Source of the DNA: a virus
Taxonomy: Duplodnaviria > Caudoviricetes
IMG/VR virus record: IMGVR_UViG_3300037243_000031
Location: 1-44,936 of that record
DNA length: 44,936 nt
Reading direction: 5' to 3' (one strand)
Both the position numbers and the translations under genes were made by a program. Shown here piece by piece: positions 32,914 through 42,790 of the stretch (its first letter is position 1; every line of letters starts with the position of its first letter). The notes under the pieces are model-generated. The model was not told the origin of the DNA. It saw only the letters and a list, made by a program, of their open reading frames with translations, and searched no databases.

Positions 32914-34580
32914 GCGGGGCCTTCCACCATGTTAGCTAGTTCCAGATTATAGAACCGAACCTGGAAGCCGCCGATGTAAAGCACCGAAAACGACCGCCGG
33001 CGGGATGCCGCGCAGCGTTTCAACATCGTACGATCTGAGCCTAGATTAAGCGGCCTGAACGGGCTAAAACTGGCGAAGTCGTTATCTGAGTACCCTACAT
33101 AAACCGTGTCCTGCACCTTGTCGGCAATGATCTCGATGCTAGGGTAAAACTTCATCTTGTTCGATCCGAAGTCCCCGGCGTTCGTGCGCAGTAGCCCATA
33201 AATGAAGGTTCCCGCATCGCTGGATACCCCCTCCTGCATCTGGTATGTCACACCGTTGGTAGCGCCCAGTAAGTAATCGGTGTTGTTCGTAAACGCGTAG
33301 AACGTCGGCTGGAAATAGTTTTGGACGTACGGCGTGATCGTCAGTTGCCCCAAACCGCTCCCCGTGCCTGCCCCTACGGATTCGGTATTGATGGTGAAAG
33401 TGTCGATCGTATTATCGTTAATGCCCCCCGCTAGCGCAGCGCTGTTCACAGGGTACGTGATCGTGTTCGCGTTCAAAACAGTAATGACTGCCGTACCTAG
33501 AAACAAGTTGGCCGAGTTCGAACTTGTCACCTGCACTACTGTACCGTTGGTCAGGGTATTGGTCGGCATAGTAACCGTTACAATCCCGTTGCTTACAGAA
33601 GCACCTGTCGCAACGATCGGCGTGCCGAGCGCGGAACTAGACCAACGTGACCAGGCGCCCATAGACGCGTTATACACCAGGGTGCAGTTGCTCGCGGTAA
33701 GCGTCAAAACGTAAAGCGAGACGCCATTTATCTCTATATAGAACGCGTAGACGTTCGTGAGAGGGTCGGTATTGATGATCTTTTCGATAAACGTGTCTGA
33801 AATCGCCTGCGGCGTCAGACCGTTCAACATATAGACTTTGCGACCTTTCTGATGCGTTTGGCCTACCCAAAACACAGTATTCTCTGTCGCCACGACCGAT
33901 GTTCCTGACGCTACCCCCACGTTACAAGTTGCAGAGATTTGGGGCAACAGGGGCGATCCGGGCGGGGTGTTGCCCGCATCTGTGAAGAACGTTGCTGAGA
34001 ACGTACCGAATGAGACGACGAAGTTATAAAGACGAGTAACGCACGCCCCTGGGTCGGCCGACAAGCTGCCGTTGATGGTGTTTAACGCGTTCCAGGTGGC
34101 CGGCGTGTTCAGGTTGCTGTTGACTAGCGTCCCGCCGGGGGTTAGCACAAATACGTACCCGTCGAGGTACGCCACACCTGGCACCGTCACTAGGGGGTAG
34201 TTCACATCCGTGACCTGCGTTAGCGCCGTTCCGTTCCAGGTGTACGCCTTCGTATTGTTCTTCAGGAATACTGCGGTGCCGCCAGTGCCTGTTAGGGTGA
34301 ACTGGTAAAAACTTGAGCCGTCGATAGCGCTCGTGGCGACGCCGTTGACGTAGAACTCCGTTCCGATGATCGACAGAACCGAAGCGCCGAATTGAAACAG
34401 GCCCAGCCCTGTTGCGGCAGCGGCCGTGTAGACGGGTTGGATGCCGAACCGGCGTTCACAGAGAATCTGCCCGTTCGAATTCTTCGTGGCGTAGTAGTTG
34501 TACAAGATGGCGTCGTAGTTCATTGACGGATCTCGGGTAGAGATCGTCTGAGCCAATTGGATGCGTTGTACATCAGCCAT
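32910..34580 (-). CDS. tail hub / DNA stabilization protein (P22 gp10-like)
   Basis: 556 aa, beta-propeller-like (VAYLDGYVFV, TLVYN...W), YSDNDF...F near the C-terminus; synteny. Confidence 0.75.
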   Translation of the reverse strand: MADVQRIQLAQTISTRDPSMNYDAILYNYYATKNSNGQILCERRFGIQPVYTAAAATGLGLFQFGASVLSIIGTEFYVNGVATSAIDGSSFYQFTLTGTGGTAVFLKNNTKAYTWNGTALTQVTDVNYPLVTVPGVAYLDGYVFVLTPGGTLVNSNLNTPATWNALNTINGSLSADPGACVTRLYNFVVSFGTFSATFFTDAGNTPPGSPLLPQISATCNVGVASGTSVVATENTVFWVGQTHQKGRKVYMLNGLTPQAISDTFIEKIINTDPLTNVYAFYIEINGVSLYVLTLTASNCTLVYNASMGAWSRWSSSALGTPIVATGASVSNGIVTVTMPTNTLTNGTVVQVTSSNSANLFLGTAVITVLNANTITYPVNSAALAGGINDNTIDTFTINTESVGAGTGSGLGQLTITPYVQNYFQPTFYAFTNNTDYLLGATNGVTYQMQEGVSSDAGTFIYGLLRTNAGDFGSNKMKFYPSIEIIADKVQDTVYVGYSDNDFASFSPFRPLNLGSDRTMLKRCAASRRRSFSVLYIGGFQVRFYNLELANMVEGPA

Positions 34581-35320
34581 CAGTAAGAACTCCCGCGCCG
34601 CCCCTGGCCCCGCCGATCAGGCGTGAAGAAGGTCGGAGCCTCCTCCTGGTCCCAATTCAGCATGTCTTCCAGGTAGCGGTTTGCGTTGCGCTCTACGCGA
34701 GTAGCAATCGCCTCCGGAACGTAATATTCCGGCAGCAACTGCTCCGCCAAGCCCCATTTGAGCGCGTTCATCCACTCAATCGGAAAGTCGAAACTGTCCG
34801 TTGAGTTGATCACGTCCGCAATTGGCCGCTGGCAAGTCAGGATTACGATGTCGGGGTTCACATCAGGCGTCAAATACAGGTACAAAACGCCGTCATTAAG
34901 TTGCGGATCGTAATAATACGAGTTCGGCGTGCCTTGGGCTGTTTTCTGGCCCATTTGGTCGTATTCCTGCCGCGACAACTGAATCAGCGGCACTTGAAGC
35001 GGAAAACTACCGGCGTTGTTGGCGTACTGAATACGTGCCATCGGGATTCGCAACACGCGGTAAGCCTGAAGCCCCGGAGTGGTCGAGTCCGGGCCGATCG
35101 GGTACGAAGCCTGCCCTTGCACGCATGTAAAACTCAAATCCGTCACGCACCAGAGTGGGTAGTTCTTGCTCATCCAGTACTTAATCATCAAATTCAACGC
35201 CTGGGCGGCGTTGCTGAGATCAGTCTGCGGCGGCGGTGTGTCGTCGTTAAACTGGCCGATCAGGCGAAACGCCGCCTGAATGAGAGTTTGCTGATTAACG
35301 GAATAGGTATACGTGGTCAT
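34580..35320 (-). CDS. head-tail adaptor (gp4/gp11-like)
   Basis: LIQAAFRLIG...ALNLMIKYW; FPIEWMNALKWGLA. Confidence 0.75.
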   Translation of the reverse strand: MTTYTYSVNQQTLIQAAFRLIGQFNDDTPPPQTDLSNAAQALNLMIKYWMSKNYPLWCVTDLSFTCVQGQASYPIGPDSTTPGLQAYRVLRIPMARIQYANNAGSFPLQVPLIQLSRQEYDQMGQKTAQGTPNSYYYDPQLNDGVLYLYLTPDVNPDIVILTCQRPIADVINSTDSFDFPIEWMNALKWGLAEQLLPEYYVPEAIATRVERNANRYLEDMLNWDQEEAPTFFTPDRRGQGRRGSSY

Positions 35321-36105
35321 TAACGGACCCGCCTAGCGCGAATAAAGGACGTAGCCTGCACCGAGCCGCCTGTGAAGCTGGCTTGCCCGACCGCGAAGAC
35401 ACTCACAGGGACCGCGCTGCTTATGCGCACAACCGGCGTGGCAAGCACCTGACCGTTACCTGTTAGAAAGTTCGCCGACAGTTCCTGAAGGTTCTGGAAA
35501 CCCGGCAGCGCGCCCGATATCGTGTTTATGGACGCGAATATGATCGTCAGGGACGCGCCCCCGGAGGGGGCGTAATCGATAACGCCGGAGACATCCCAAT
35601 CCCCTGCTGTCAGCGATATAACCACACCGTTAAAAGGGCTTGAGGTGGCGAGAGTGAAGGGCCCCGCAGTGGCGGATATGTACTCACCTACGGCGCCAGC
35701 GTTCGCGTTGTCGCCTAGCGTCGTTCCCACAATACCTAGCGTCGTGGAGGGCGTTATCGCCACTGCCTGCGCCCCGAATAGCCCCTCGGCAGCGTTCTCG
35801 AAACCTTGAAGCTCAAGCCGAATCGTGCGCTGTGAAACAATATCGTTTGCGTTCCACGACAGCGCAGAAGTTCCGTCCTGCGCCCGAACGATCGAAAAAA
35901 TATTTCCCGATACCGCCGTTACTTTGACAATTTCAATAAGTGTCTGCGTGGCCGCGTCGGTAAGCGTCACATAGAACACCTGAGGCGAACTAGGTACGGG
36001 AAACAGCGCCGCCTGCCCCGCGTTTAACGTAAGCGAAGTAGAGGCGTTCGTGATCCCCGAAGCCAAAGTCCCCGCAGCGTTGTTAGCGTAGAGAATGTTT
36101 GCCAT
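35320..36105 (-). CDS. tail fibre/spike-associated protein
   Basis: ANNAAGTL, EIVKVT, IVRAQDGT motifs typical of fibre N-termini. Confidence 0.65.
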   Translation of the reverse strand: MANILYANNAAGTLASGITNASTSLTLNAGQAALFPVPSSPQVFYVTLTDAATQTLIEIVKVTAVSGNIFSIVRAQDGTSALSWNANDIVSQRTIRLELQGFENAAEGLFGAQAVAITPSTTLGIVGTTLGDNANAGAVGEYISATAGPFTLATSSPFNGVVISLTAGDWDVSGVIDYAPSGGASLTIIFASINTISGALPGFQNLQELSANFLTGNGQVLATPVVRISSAVPVSVFAVGQASFTGGSVQATSFIRARRVR

Positions 36106-36108
36106 GTG

Positions 36109-37614
36109 TCAGGGAACCCTGTTTATAGACAGATAATTGAAGCCGCCTGCACCTGCTTGGAGTAGCACCGCACCGCCTGAACTTTGGAACGCCTGAAGGA
36201 CTACGGTTTGCCCACTCGTGAGCGAAACTACGCAAGCCACATTCGCGGCTTCCCCGGCCGACGTGGCGGTATCCCGGATGTTGATGCCCGTCGCCACCGT
36301 AACGCCGTTGGCTACTACCAGTGTCTGTACCGAACTGCTGATCGCGCCAGTGTTAGCGGCGTACAGCAATTGACCTGATACAAAGTACTCACCCGTCGCG
36401 GGCGCCGTAAAGACGCCTGTTACCGCGTTAAAGTTGGTGTTAACTCTGTCAAAGGTTTTCGTCCAGTTCGTGACCGTCGTCGCGGTGGCGTTAGGAATAC
36501 TTTGCCCGCTCACGTTGCTGTACAGGAGGGCGTCATTACCGCTCGCGTTTAAGGTCGTGAAAGCTCCTGTGCTCGGCGTCGTTGCCCCAACCGTTGTGTT
36601 GTTGATCGTGCCGCCGGCGATTACCGGGCTGGCCGACGGCACCGCCCCGATCCCGAGCGGTGTGTTCGACAGCCAAACGTCGTTCACACCGTCCGTCTCA
36701 ACGATAACCGCGCCGGAGTTGTTCGTGCCCTGCGGCAGCACAACACCGCTGCCTGTCGTGCCGCCCGCGCCATTGCTCAAGAACACCGTAACCGTGAAAG
36801 CGCCCGTCGTGTTGTTATTGAATTGAACGCGGCGAGAGGCGGTTAGGAACGTACCGCGCTGGATAATGAATGTGAGATTACTTGTCAGGACACCCGTGAA
36901 CGTGACCGTACGCTGCCCCGGCGGCACGTCAATGGCTGTGACCGCAGGGCCGGTTGTGTAGCCCGAGCCCCCGTAGACCACGCTGACCGACGAGACGCCC
37001 GTGCCTGACACTCCGGTAACACGCACGATAGCGTCGGAGTTTCCAGCAGGCAGAATCAGCAGGTCACCCACGGCGTATCCCGAGCCGGGATTTGAGATCG
37101 TCAAGACCCCGTTCACTACACCGCCAGTTGCGAAAATGACGATCTGCGCGCCGCTGCCGAGCGACGCCTGGTTGTAGATGCCGCCTGTGACGCCCGCTGC
37201 TGTCACCGTGGCGGTGGAGCTTGCGATTTGCTGATTGACGAACGCGTCAGTTGCTACCAGTGTCGAGTTGTCCAACCGGCCTTGCGTCGTACCGTTCGTG
37301 ACGATCAGATTCGAGAACAACGGCACTTGGCCGGGGCCTTGGCTGACAAGCACCGTGCCGGCGGTGCCGGGTGGCGCGGTATTCAAGACGCCTGCGGTGC
37401 CGCCTACCAGCACGCTGCCGGTAGTGACTGCGGTAAGCCCCGTGCCGCCCTGAGTCACCTGTACCACGCCGCCGGGGAATACCCCGCCAAGGATCTGGTT
37501 GATCGTGTACTGAGCGAGCGTAGGGACGCCCCCCACCAGCTGATAACCGACGACGAAATCCCCGCTTGCGATTGGCAGGCGGGGAGTCGGGAATTGTCCG
37601 AAATTAAGAGACAT
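36109..37614 (-). CDS. tail fibre / receptor-binding protein with C1q-like C-terminal domain
   Basis: G/T/V-rich; FDRVNTNFNAVTGVFTAPATGEYFVS...LTSGQTV. Confidence 0.72.
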   Translation of the reverse strand: MSLNFGQFPTPRLPIASGDFVVGYQLVGGVPTLAQYTINQILGGVFPGGVVQVTQGGTGLTAVTTGSVLVGGTAGVLNTAPPGTAGTVLVSQGPGQVPLFSNLIVTNGTTQGRLDNSTLVATDAFVNQQIASSTATVTAAGVTGGIYNQASLGSGAQIVIFATGGVVNGVLTISNPGSGYAVGDLLILPAGNSDAIVRVTGVSGTGVSSVSVVYGGSGYTTGPAVTAIDVPPGQRTVTFTGVLTSNLTFIIQRGTFLTASRRVQFNNNTTGAFTVTVFLSNGAGGTTGSGVVLPQGTNNSGAVIVETDGVNDVWLSNTPLGIGAVPSASPVIAGGTINNTTVGATTPSTGAFTTLNASGNDALLYSNVSGQSIPNATATTVTNWTKTFDRVNTNFNAVTGVFTAPATGEYFVSGQLLYAANTGAISSSVQTLVVANGVTVATGINIRDTATSAGEAANVACVVSLTSGQTVVLQAFQSSGGAVLLQAGAGGFNYLSINRVP

Positions 37615-38012
37615 TACGGTCCTGGAACGGTCTGTTGATCTTGGATCTCCAGTTCAGTGCCCGGAACTAGCGGAGAGACGGAAGCACGGGTTCCGATCGG
37701 CTGAGAAGTCGTCGTGAACGAAACGATTATATCGTTCGTGAAGTCGATCATGAACGCGCCGTAAAAATCCGTTATCGCAATGCTAACAGGGTTTTGCGTG
37801 AAAGGCGGCGGAACGTCTGGGCGCGACCAGGGTACGGCTTGCGGATCCGGGATGCCGCGCACGAAGTCTTGCGGCTGGCGCGGATTCCAGTCCTGCCGGC
37901 AGACCATGAGTCCGTCCCAGCGCTCTTTGAGATCGCCGGAATGGTATTTCATGCCGCAAATGTCACACACGGCCAACCACTGCCCGCGCTTCCAAAAGTC
38001 CGCTCGTCCCAT
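37614..38012 (-). CDS. conserved hypothetical protein with CxxC motif
   Basis: AVCDICG...GLMVC...PQD; TAATG-coupled to the fibre gene. Confidence 0.7.
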   Translation of the reverse strand: MGRADFWKRGQWLAVCDICGMKYHSGDLKERWDGLMVCRQDWNPRQPQDFVRGIPDPQAVPWSRPDVPPPFTQNPVSIAITDFYGAFMIDFTNDIIVSFTTTSQPIGTRASVSPLVPGTELEIQDQQTVPGP

Positions 38013-38015
38013 CGC

Positions 38016-38534
38016 TTAAGGCATATCCGGCCAGTGTAGGTTGCGCTTCTTCCAGTTGTCTACCGCCGGAAGGACTTGGAGATTATCCTCACAGTGTAAC
38101 CCACACACTACTTTGGACCGAAGAGGCACGATGTGATCGACGTGGTGCAAGATGCCTGTCCTTTCAGTTGCTTCACGCGCCATTTCGTAAAACATCGCAA
38201 TGTAGCGCGGATCGGCCCAAGCGGGCGTTGCTTTGATACGCCGTGCGTTACGCTCGCGCTGTCGCTGCGCGTCGTGGGGTTTGTTCTTCTCCCTCCACTC
38301 GCGGGTTCGCTTCAGCATCAATTCGCGGTTTTCTTCGCGGTACTTCAACACCGTCGCTTTAACTTTCTCCGGGTGACGCGCCCGATAATCCGCAGCCCAC
38401 CGCGCCGTGCAGCCTGGGTCTTCCGCGTTTCTAGCGCGTCGCCACGTGTTGTAGCAAGGCTTGCACCAGCCCTGCCCCTTGGTGAACTCTTCCGAGGGCT
38501 TTAAGACGGAGCATTTTGAACAGGTCTTGGTCAT
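38016..38534 (-). CDS. HNH endonuclease, paralog of 26010-26573
   Basis: CSKC...CKPC; ATPAWA; HHVDHIVPLRS..VCGLHCE.NL; HWPDMP. Confidence 0.9.
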   Translation of the reverse strand: MTKTCSKCSVLKPSEEFTKGQGWCKPCYNTWRRARNAEDPGCTARWAADYRARHPEKVKATVLKYREENRELMLKRTREWREKNKPHDAQRQRERNARRIKATPAWADPRYIAMFYEMAREATERTGILHHVDHIVPLRSKVVCGLHCEDNLQVLPAVDNWKKRNLHWPDMP

Positions 38535-38558
38535 GGCTGATTATACCATGCTCCAGAC

Positions 38559-39002
38559 TCACGCAGGGTTAAGGCCGTTCTTGACGAGGTACAGCGTCAA
38601 CGTCCAGGAGGCGAACGTGACCGGCGCGCCGAAGGTAGCGACGCCAATACCGCCAGTGGTGCCGGCTAGGCCGGTCGCCTGGTACAAACCCCCGAAGGGT
38701 TTGAAGAATTTGTTTGCGCGCCCGATGCAGTGGTAGAACTCAAGTGGAACCGTTGCGTCCCAAAAGAGATCAACGCGCATCTCTGCTTCGGTCTGCACGT
38801 CCCACTCGATCGTATCGACGCGCAGAGACGCGGCGTGCTGACCGTTGGTCTGAACGACGTACCCGAGCGCCGAAGGCAGGATCAGGGGGGTGTAAGCGAG
38901 ATCGGTGCCGCCTGTTGTTGTGCCGCCGTTGTTCCCGTTCACAACCAGAATAGCGTTGCGGGGGCCGTCCTCCATCACCTGTACTGTGAACGTTGCTGCC
39001 AT
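38559..39002 (-). CDS. putative virion protein
   Basis: 147 aa, beta-rich, in the structural operon. Confidence 0.65.
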   Translation of the reverse strand: MAATFTVQVMEDGPRNAILVVNGNNGGTTTGGTDLAYTPLILPSALGYVVQTNGQHAASLRVDTIEWDVQTEAEMRVDLFWDATVPLEFYHCIGRANKFFKPFGGLYQATGLAGTTGGIGVATFGAPVTFASWTLTLYLVKNGLNPA

Positions 39003-39012
39003 TTTCTATCCC

Positions 39013-39273
39013 TTAAACACCCAACGTCACCGAGATCCGCAACTGCACCAAATTGCCGGGTGGATTTGCGAATGTACTTGTCAGCGTCTGACCGCTTAGC
39101 GTGCCCGTTACCGCGCTACCGTCGCTCATCGTCATCGCGGCGATGATCTGCGGCACTGTCGTGCCGGGCAGCCCCTGCTGGATAAGCAGGGGCGCCAGGT
39201 ACGTGTTTAGCGTGGTCGTTACGCCGTCGCCGATCAGCGGTATGACTAGACTGACCGGAAATGTGATTGCCAT
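39013..39273 (-). CDS. putative virion protein
   Basis: 86 aa, uncharged and beta-rich; starts next to the upstream stop. Confidence 0.55.
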   Translation of the reverse strand: MAITFPVSLVIPLIGDGVTTTLNTYLAPLLIQQGLPGTTVPQIIAAMTMSDGSAVTGTLSGQTLTSTFANPPGNLVQLRISVTLGV

Positions 39274-39274
39274 T

Positions 39275-40072
39275 TTACCGTTCTTTCGAAACGCAAATGA
39301 AATCAACGGTCATCGTGGTGGCTACTGCCGTCACGCCGTTGTACACCGCAGCGGTGACGTTCAGGTTAGCGGTCGGCAGAACCGGCGCTGTGGCCCGTGC
39401 GCAAGGCCCCAGACCGGCTGTCGGCGGCGAAGTTACGCCCGTTCCGGATTGCGGGATCCAGCCTACCAGTTGGTTGTTCGCGTAGACGCGGATATCGCCG
39501 TGGCGGTCGAGATACCAGGCCAAATCAAAGTTCGTCGCGGCGGCGTAGGTGGTGATAGCGCCCGCAGGGATCGGAACCGTGGCCGAAACGGTGCTGCCGT
39601 GAACCACGATCAAGTTGATCGTAGTCGTACCCACGGCTTTGCTGAAGTAGATACCGTCGGTGATACCGCCTGCGAACGGCGTCGTGTTCGTGTTCGTAAG
39701 CCCTGTCACCCATGCGTTGGTCGTGAGCGTCGCGAGTTGCATGCGCGTTTCGAAAAACATTTTCTGCGGCGCCGTCGCTGTGAAGCTGGCTGCCGGCAGT
39801 TGGATCTCCGCTTCCGAACCCGCGCCTGCCCCCGTTGTCAGCAGTGCCAAACCGCCGTCGCCTGCTAAGTGTACCGCAGACGTGCCGGGCGTCGGAGTGA
39901 CAACCCACAAGCCCGTAGGCGTCGCAGGCGTGCCGAAGGACTCGTCGAAGTCGTCAAAGAACTGGTGGTAGAAAGCCGGATTCCCGTTTCCACAGTCCGC
40001 GAACGGGCCGAAGGGCTGATCGGTGGCGTTACCGCTCGGATTGCGGACGGGGGGTTGCGAATTAGTTGCCAT
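39275..40072 (-). CDS. putative virion (head decoration/fibre) protein
   Basis: 265 aa, T/G/A-rich, FFDDF; GGAG RBS. Confidence 0.65.
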   Translation of the reverse strand: MATNSQPPVRNPSGNATDQPFGPFADCGNGNPAFYHQFFDDFDESFGTPATPTGLWVVTPTPGTSAVHLAGDGGLALLTTGAGAGSEAEIQLPAASFTATAPQKMFFETRMQLATLTTNAWVTGLTNTNTTPFAGGITDGIYFSKAVGTTTINLIVVHGSTVSATVPIPAGAITTYAAATNFDLAWYLDRHGDIRVYANNQLVGWIPQSGTGVTSPPTAGLGPCARATAPVLPTANLNVTAAVYNGVTAVATTMTVDFICVSKER

Positions 40073-40087
40073 CTATAGCTCCAGTAT

Positions 40088-40294
40088 TTACCAGCCGCTT
40101 TTCGACTTCAGCGGAAAACGTTTCTTGCCCGGACCTGTTAGGTACGAATGGCATGCGGCATCGTGACCGGGGATGCTCGGCTGATCCTTGGTGATCTGGT
40201 CGTACGGCTTCTCGATCACCTTCATCTTGTCGGGGCCGCCTACAATCCGGGCACCGTCCCGAAGCACGTCGGGAGCGTTTTTCTTGTTCGACAT
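40088..40294 (-). CDS. hypothetical protein
   Basis: 68 aa, AAGGTG RBS. Confidence 0.55.
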   Translation of the reverse strand: MSNKKNAPDVLRDGARIVGGPDKMKVIEKPYDQITKDQPSIPGHDAACHSYLTGPGKKRFPLKSKSGW

Positions 40295-40295
40295 G

Positions 40296-40490
40296 TCAGT
40301 ACATCACCTTTTTCTTCTTCATCGGCTTGTTCTGATCGATGCGTTTGCTCGCCGTCTGTTTGGCGGGGCCGATTTGCTTCTTGCTCGCTGCCAACAGCTT
40401 TTCAGGGCCTTTCATCGTTGCCGACCCCTGCAAGCCCTTCATGACCTTCTTAGGCTTGTGGTCCGTCGTCATCCGTTTCTTCGTTGCCAT
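40296..40490 (-). CDS. small Lys-rich basic protein
   Basis: GGAG RBS; overlaps the last 41 nt of the endonuclease VII gene. Confidence 0.6.
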   Translation of the reverse strand: MATKKRMTTDHKPKKVMKGLQGSATMKGPEKLLAASKKQIGPAKQTASKRIDQNKPMKKKKVMY

Positions 40491-41157
40491 TGTGGTGCTC
40501 CAAGTATTGTATCGCGGCTTGTAGGTAGACGGGGTTGTCCTTAAAGTAGCCCAGGCCCCGATTGCACCGCGTGCATAAGAGTGCGCGGATGCTGCCTTTA
40601 GCGTGGCAGTGGTCCACTGCGAGACTCCTGACCTTGCCCGCGTCCATTACTGTTTCCGGCTGCTTACAGATTGCGCAAACGTGATTCTGGCGCCGTAACA
40701 TTTCTTCGTACTCCCCGGCGGGAAGCCCGAAATACCGCTTCATCTCGTACTTCTTTACCCTTTCAGGGTGAAGCACCCGATACTCCCGCTGGTAGCGCGC
40801 TCGATACTCCTTTACGCTCTCAGCGTTCTCTTTTACGAAAATCTTTTCTCGCCAAAAGAAATTACCGGGGCCGAAAGGTTGTGTCTCATCTTGCCGGCCT
40901 AAAACATGCTTTTCGGTCGGGCGCGTGCCTACGTCCTTTACGAACACCCAGAAATCTTCCCATACTGCGGCCCGGGATTTCTCCTTTTTGCGCACTAACT
41001 CGCGCCAGGCGTCATACAACTCGTGGTTCTTTCGGACGCCCCAATCGTCGGGGCGCGCCGCTTCGATATCTCCATGCCTGCGCAACCGACTGTAGTGCAT
41101 GTTGCACAGGCCCTTACCGAACACTTCCTTTTCGCACTCTTTTACGCTGCATTTCAT
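40450..41157 (-). CDS. endonuclease VII-family (HNH-like) endonuclease
   Basis: QNHVCAIC...LAVDHCH..G.IRALLCTRCNRGLGYFKDN; N-terminal CSVKEC...GLCNMHY. Confidence 0.9.
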   Translation of the reverse strand: MKCSVKECEKEVFGKGLCNMHYSRLRRHGDIEAARPDDWGVRKNHELYDAWRELVRKKEKSRAAVWEDFWVFVKDVGTRPTEKHVLGRQDETQPFGPGNFFWREKIFVKENAESVKEYRARYQREYRVLHPERVKKYEMKRYFGLPAGEYEEMLRRQNHVCAICKQPETVMDAGKVRSLAVDHCHAKGSIRALLCTRCNRGLGYFKDNPVYLQAAIQYLEHHNGNEETDDDGPQA

Positions 41158-41160
41158 GTT

Positions 41161-41212
41161 GGAATCTCCGTTTAAGAGACTCCATCATGGCGGACAGCGG
41201 AGGAGTTGTCAA
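41161..41212 (-). promoter_or_regulatory. promoter plus RBS-sequestering hairpin for the endonuclease VII gene
   Basis: TTGACA-17-CATGAT; GGAGTCTC-7-GAGATTCC stem covers the RBS. Confidence 0.65.
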
Positions 41213-42126
41213 GGCCCAATACTGGCGAAAACACCACGCCAATCGGCCATTCCGACCGAATAACGCTCGTACGCCTTATACTTGACATTGCCGCTGTCGA
41301 AGTCACCGTCGTCGGAGTATTTTATTGGATTACGCTGGAACAGGATCGGACCTTGCTTGGCCATGATGTTCGTGCGGATGAAGAACGTATGCGGCGCTGT
41401 AAGGTATCTGTTAATTTTCACGCCCTCGGGAAACATATTAAGGTATTTGAGGGCGTTAATATCGTTATTCGCAGTCCCGGACTGGAAAGTCGATTTCAGA
41501 ATCCGCTGCGCGTTGAACATTTCCGTGTGCTGAATGATCAGCGAACGGGGCATCAGCGCGATGCGATTTCCACGGTCGTCCGTCGTGTACATCATCTGGA
41601 TCACGAGATCTTCCAACGATGCTTCCGACAAGTCGGCGGGAACCGTCAACGTGTTCGAACCCGTACCGCCGCCTTGCAACGGGTGAGCGGCATTGATGAT
41701 CGTCACGCCGTCCGAGCCGAGGTTGACGTTCATATTGTTGTAGAAGTTCGCAACAATCGTTTCCTTGGTCTGACGGAACGAGAAGCCGAGAGCTTCAGCG
41801 CGTTCTGCCGCGACTTGCGGATACAAGTTGTCGTCGATCTCTTCTTGCGTGACGATGTAGCCTAGGCCGTACGCAATGTGAATGAAGCGGGTGATGAAAC
41901 CCTGCCATTCGCTATCGTAGTTCGTCGGCGTGCCTTCAGGCTTTGCAGGCGCCGGCGCGAAGCCAACGATCTGCACAATTTCTTCGTACGCCTTCTTGGA
42001 CGAGAACACATCGACCAACGGCTTCCATTCCTGCGCCGTTTCGTTGTACCCGCGACCGAAGGTTGCAAACAGTCCCGGCCAAAGAAGTTTTGGCTCTGAG
42101 CCAGTTGTGATTACGCCGCCTGCCAT
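41209..42126 (-). CDS. major capsid protein
   Basis: 305 aa; PKLLWPGL, KPEG...YD, YGLGYIVTQE.I.DNLY, DGDFDSGNVKYKAYERYS.G..DWRG. Confidence 0.88.
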   Translation of the reverse strand: MAGGVITTGSEPKLLWPGLFATFGRGYNETAQEWKPLVDVFSSKKAYEEIVQIVGFAPAPAKPEGTPTNYDSEWQGFITRFIHIAYGLGYIVTQEEIDDNLYPQVAAERAEALGFSFRQTKETIVANFYNNMNVNLGSDGVTIINAAHPLQGGGTGSNTLTVPADLSEASLEDLVIQMMYTTDDRGNRIALMPRSLIIQHTEMFNAQRILKSTFQSGTANNDINALKYLNMFPEGVKINRYLTAPHTFFIRTNIMAKQGPILFQRNPIKYSDDGDFDSGNVKYKAYERYSVGMADWRGVFASIGP

Positions 42127-42147
42127 AATTGATTCTCCTGAAAGCTG

Positions 42148-42774
42148 TTAAACGCCAGCGACGCCGGACGATGACAATTCGTGCAAGTTGAATTGCACAA
42201 CCCAGATTGCGTTCACGCCGTACTGATTGCCGGATCCCGGCGCCACTTGCTGGTACAGGCCGCGCATCTTTAGCGGAAGCGTCGCGGTGACCGCGACAGA
42301 CGCCGTGGTAAGCACGGTGGCCGAGATTTCGATCAGTGCGTTGGCGTTGTTGGCGACCGTGAACGAGGCGTTCTTATTACACGACGTTGCCGTCAGTGCT
42401 GCGAGGCCGTCATCCTGGATCTGGTAGATCGCGTTCGGGTCGTCGTTGACTTCGACGTAGTAACCGCGCGTCTTCGTGGCCGGAACGTTGATCACTTCCA
42501 GCTGGAGCGGTACGCCGACGAGCGACGGTACGCCGACAGCCTGAACCGGCAGCACACCAACGATCACACCGCGCTGGTACTCGGAGCCTGCGCCCGTTGA
42601 CTTTTGAACCGCCGGAATGCCGTTCGTGTCGCCGCCGACAACGCTTTTAACCGCGTCACCAATGTTGTACTGAAGGACATCCGAGGACGGGATGAAATAG
42701 ATGTTGGTTTGCCCTGAGTACATACCGTTGTTGCGGATCGGTGTGAACCCATGCGGCGCGATCACGTTAGCCAT
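42148..42774 (-). CDS. capsid decoration/cement protein (probable)
   Basis: MAN...PHGFTP, V.DDPN.IY.IQ; directly upstream of the capsid gene. Confidence 0.65.
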   Translation of the reverse strand: MANVIAPHGFTPIRNNGMYSGQTNIYFIPSSDVLQYNIGDAVKSVVGGDTNGIPAVQKSTGAGSEYQRGVIVGVLPVQAVGVPSLVGVPLQLEVINVPATKTRGYYVEVNDDPNAIYQIQDDGLAALTATSCNKNASFTVANNANALIEISATVLTTASVAVTATLPLKMRGLYQQVAPGSGNQYGVNAIWVVQFNLHELSSSGVAGV

Positions 42775-42790
42775 GCTTCATTTCTCCAAA

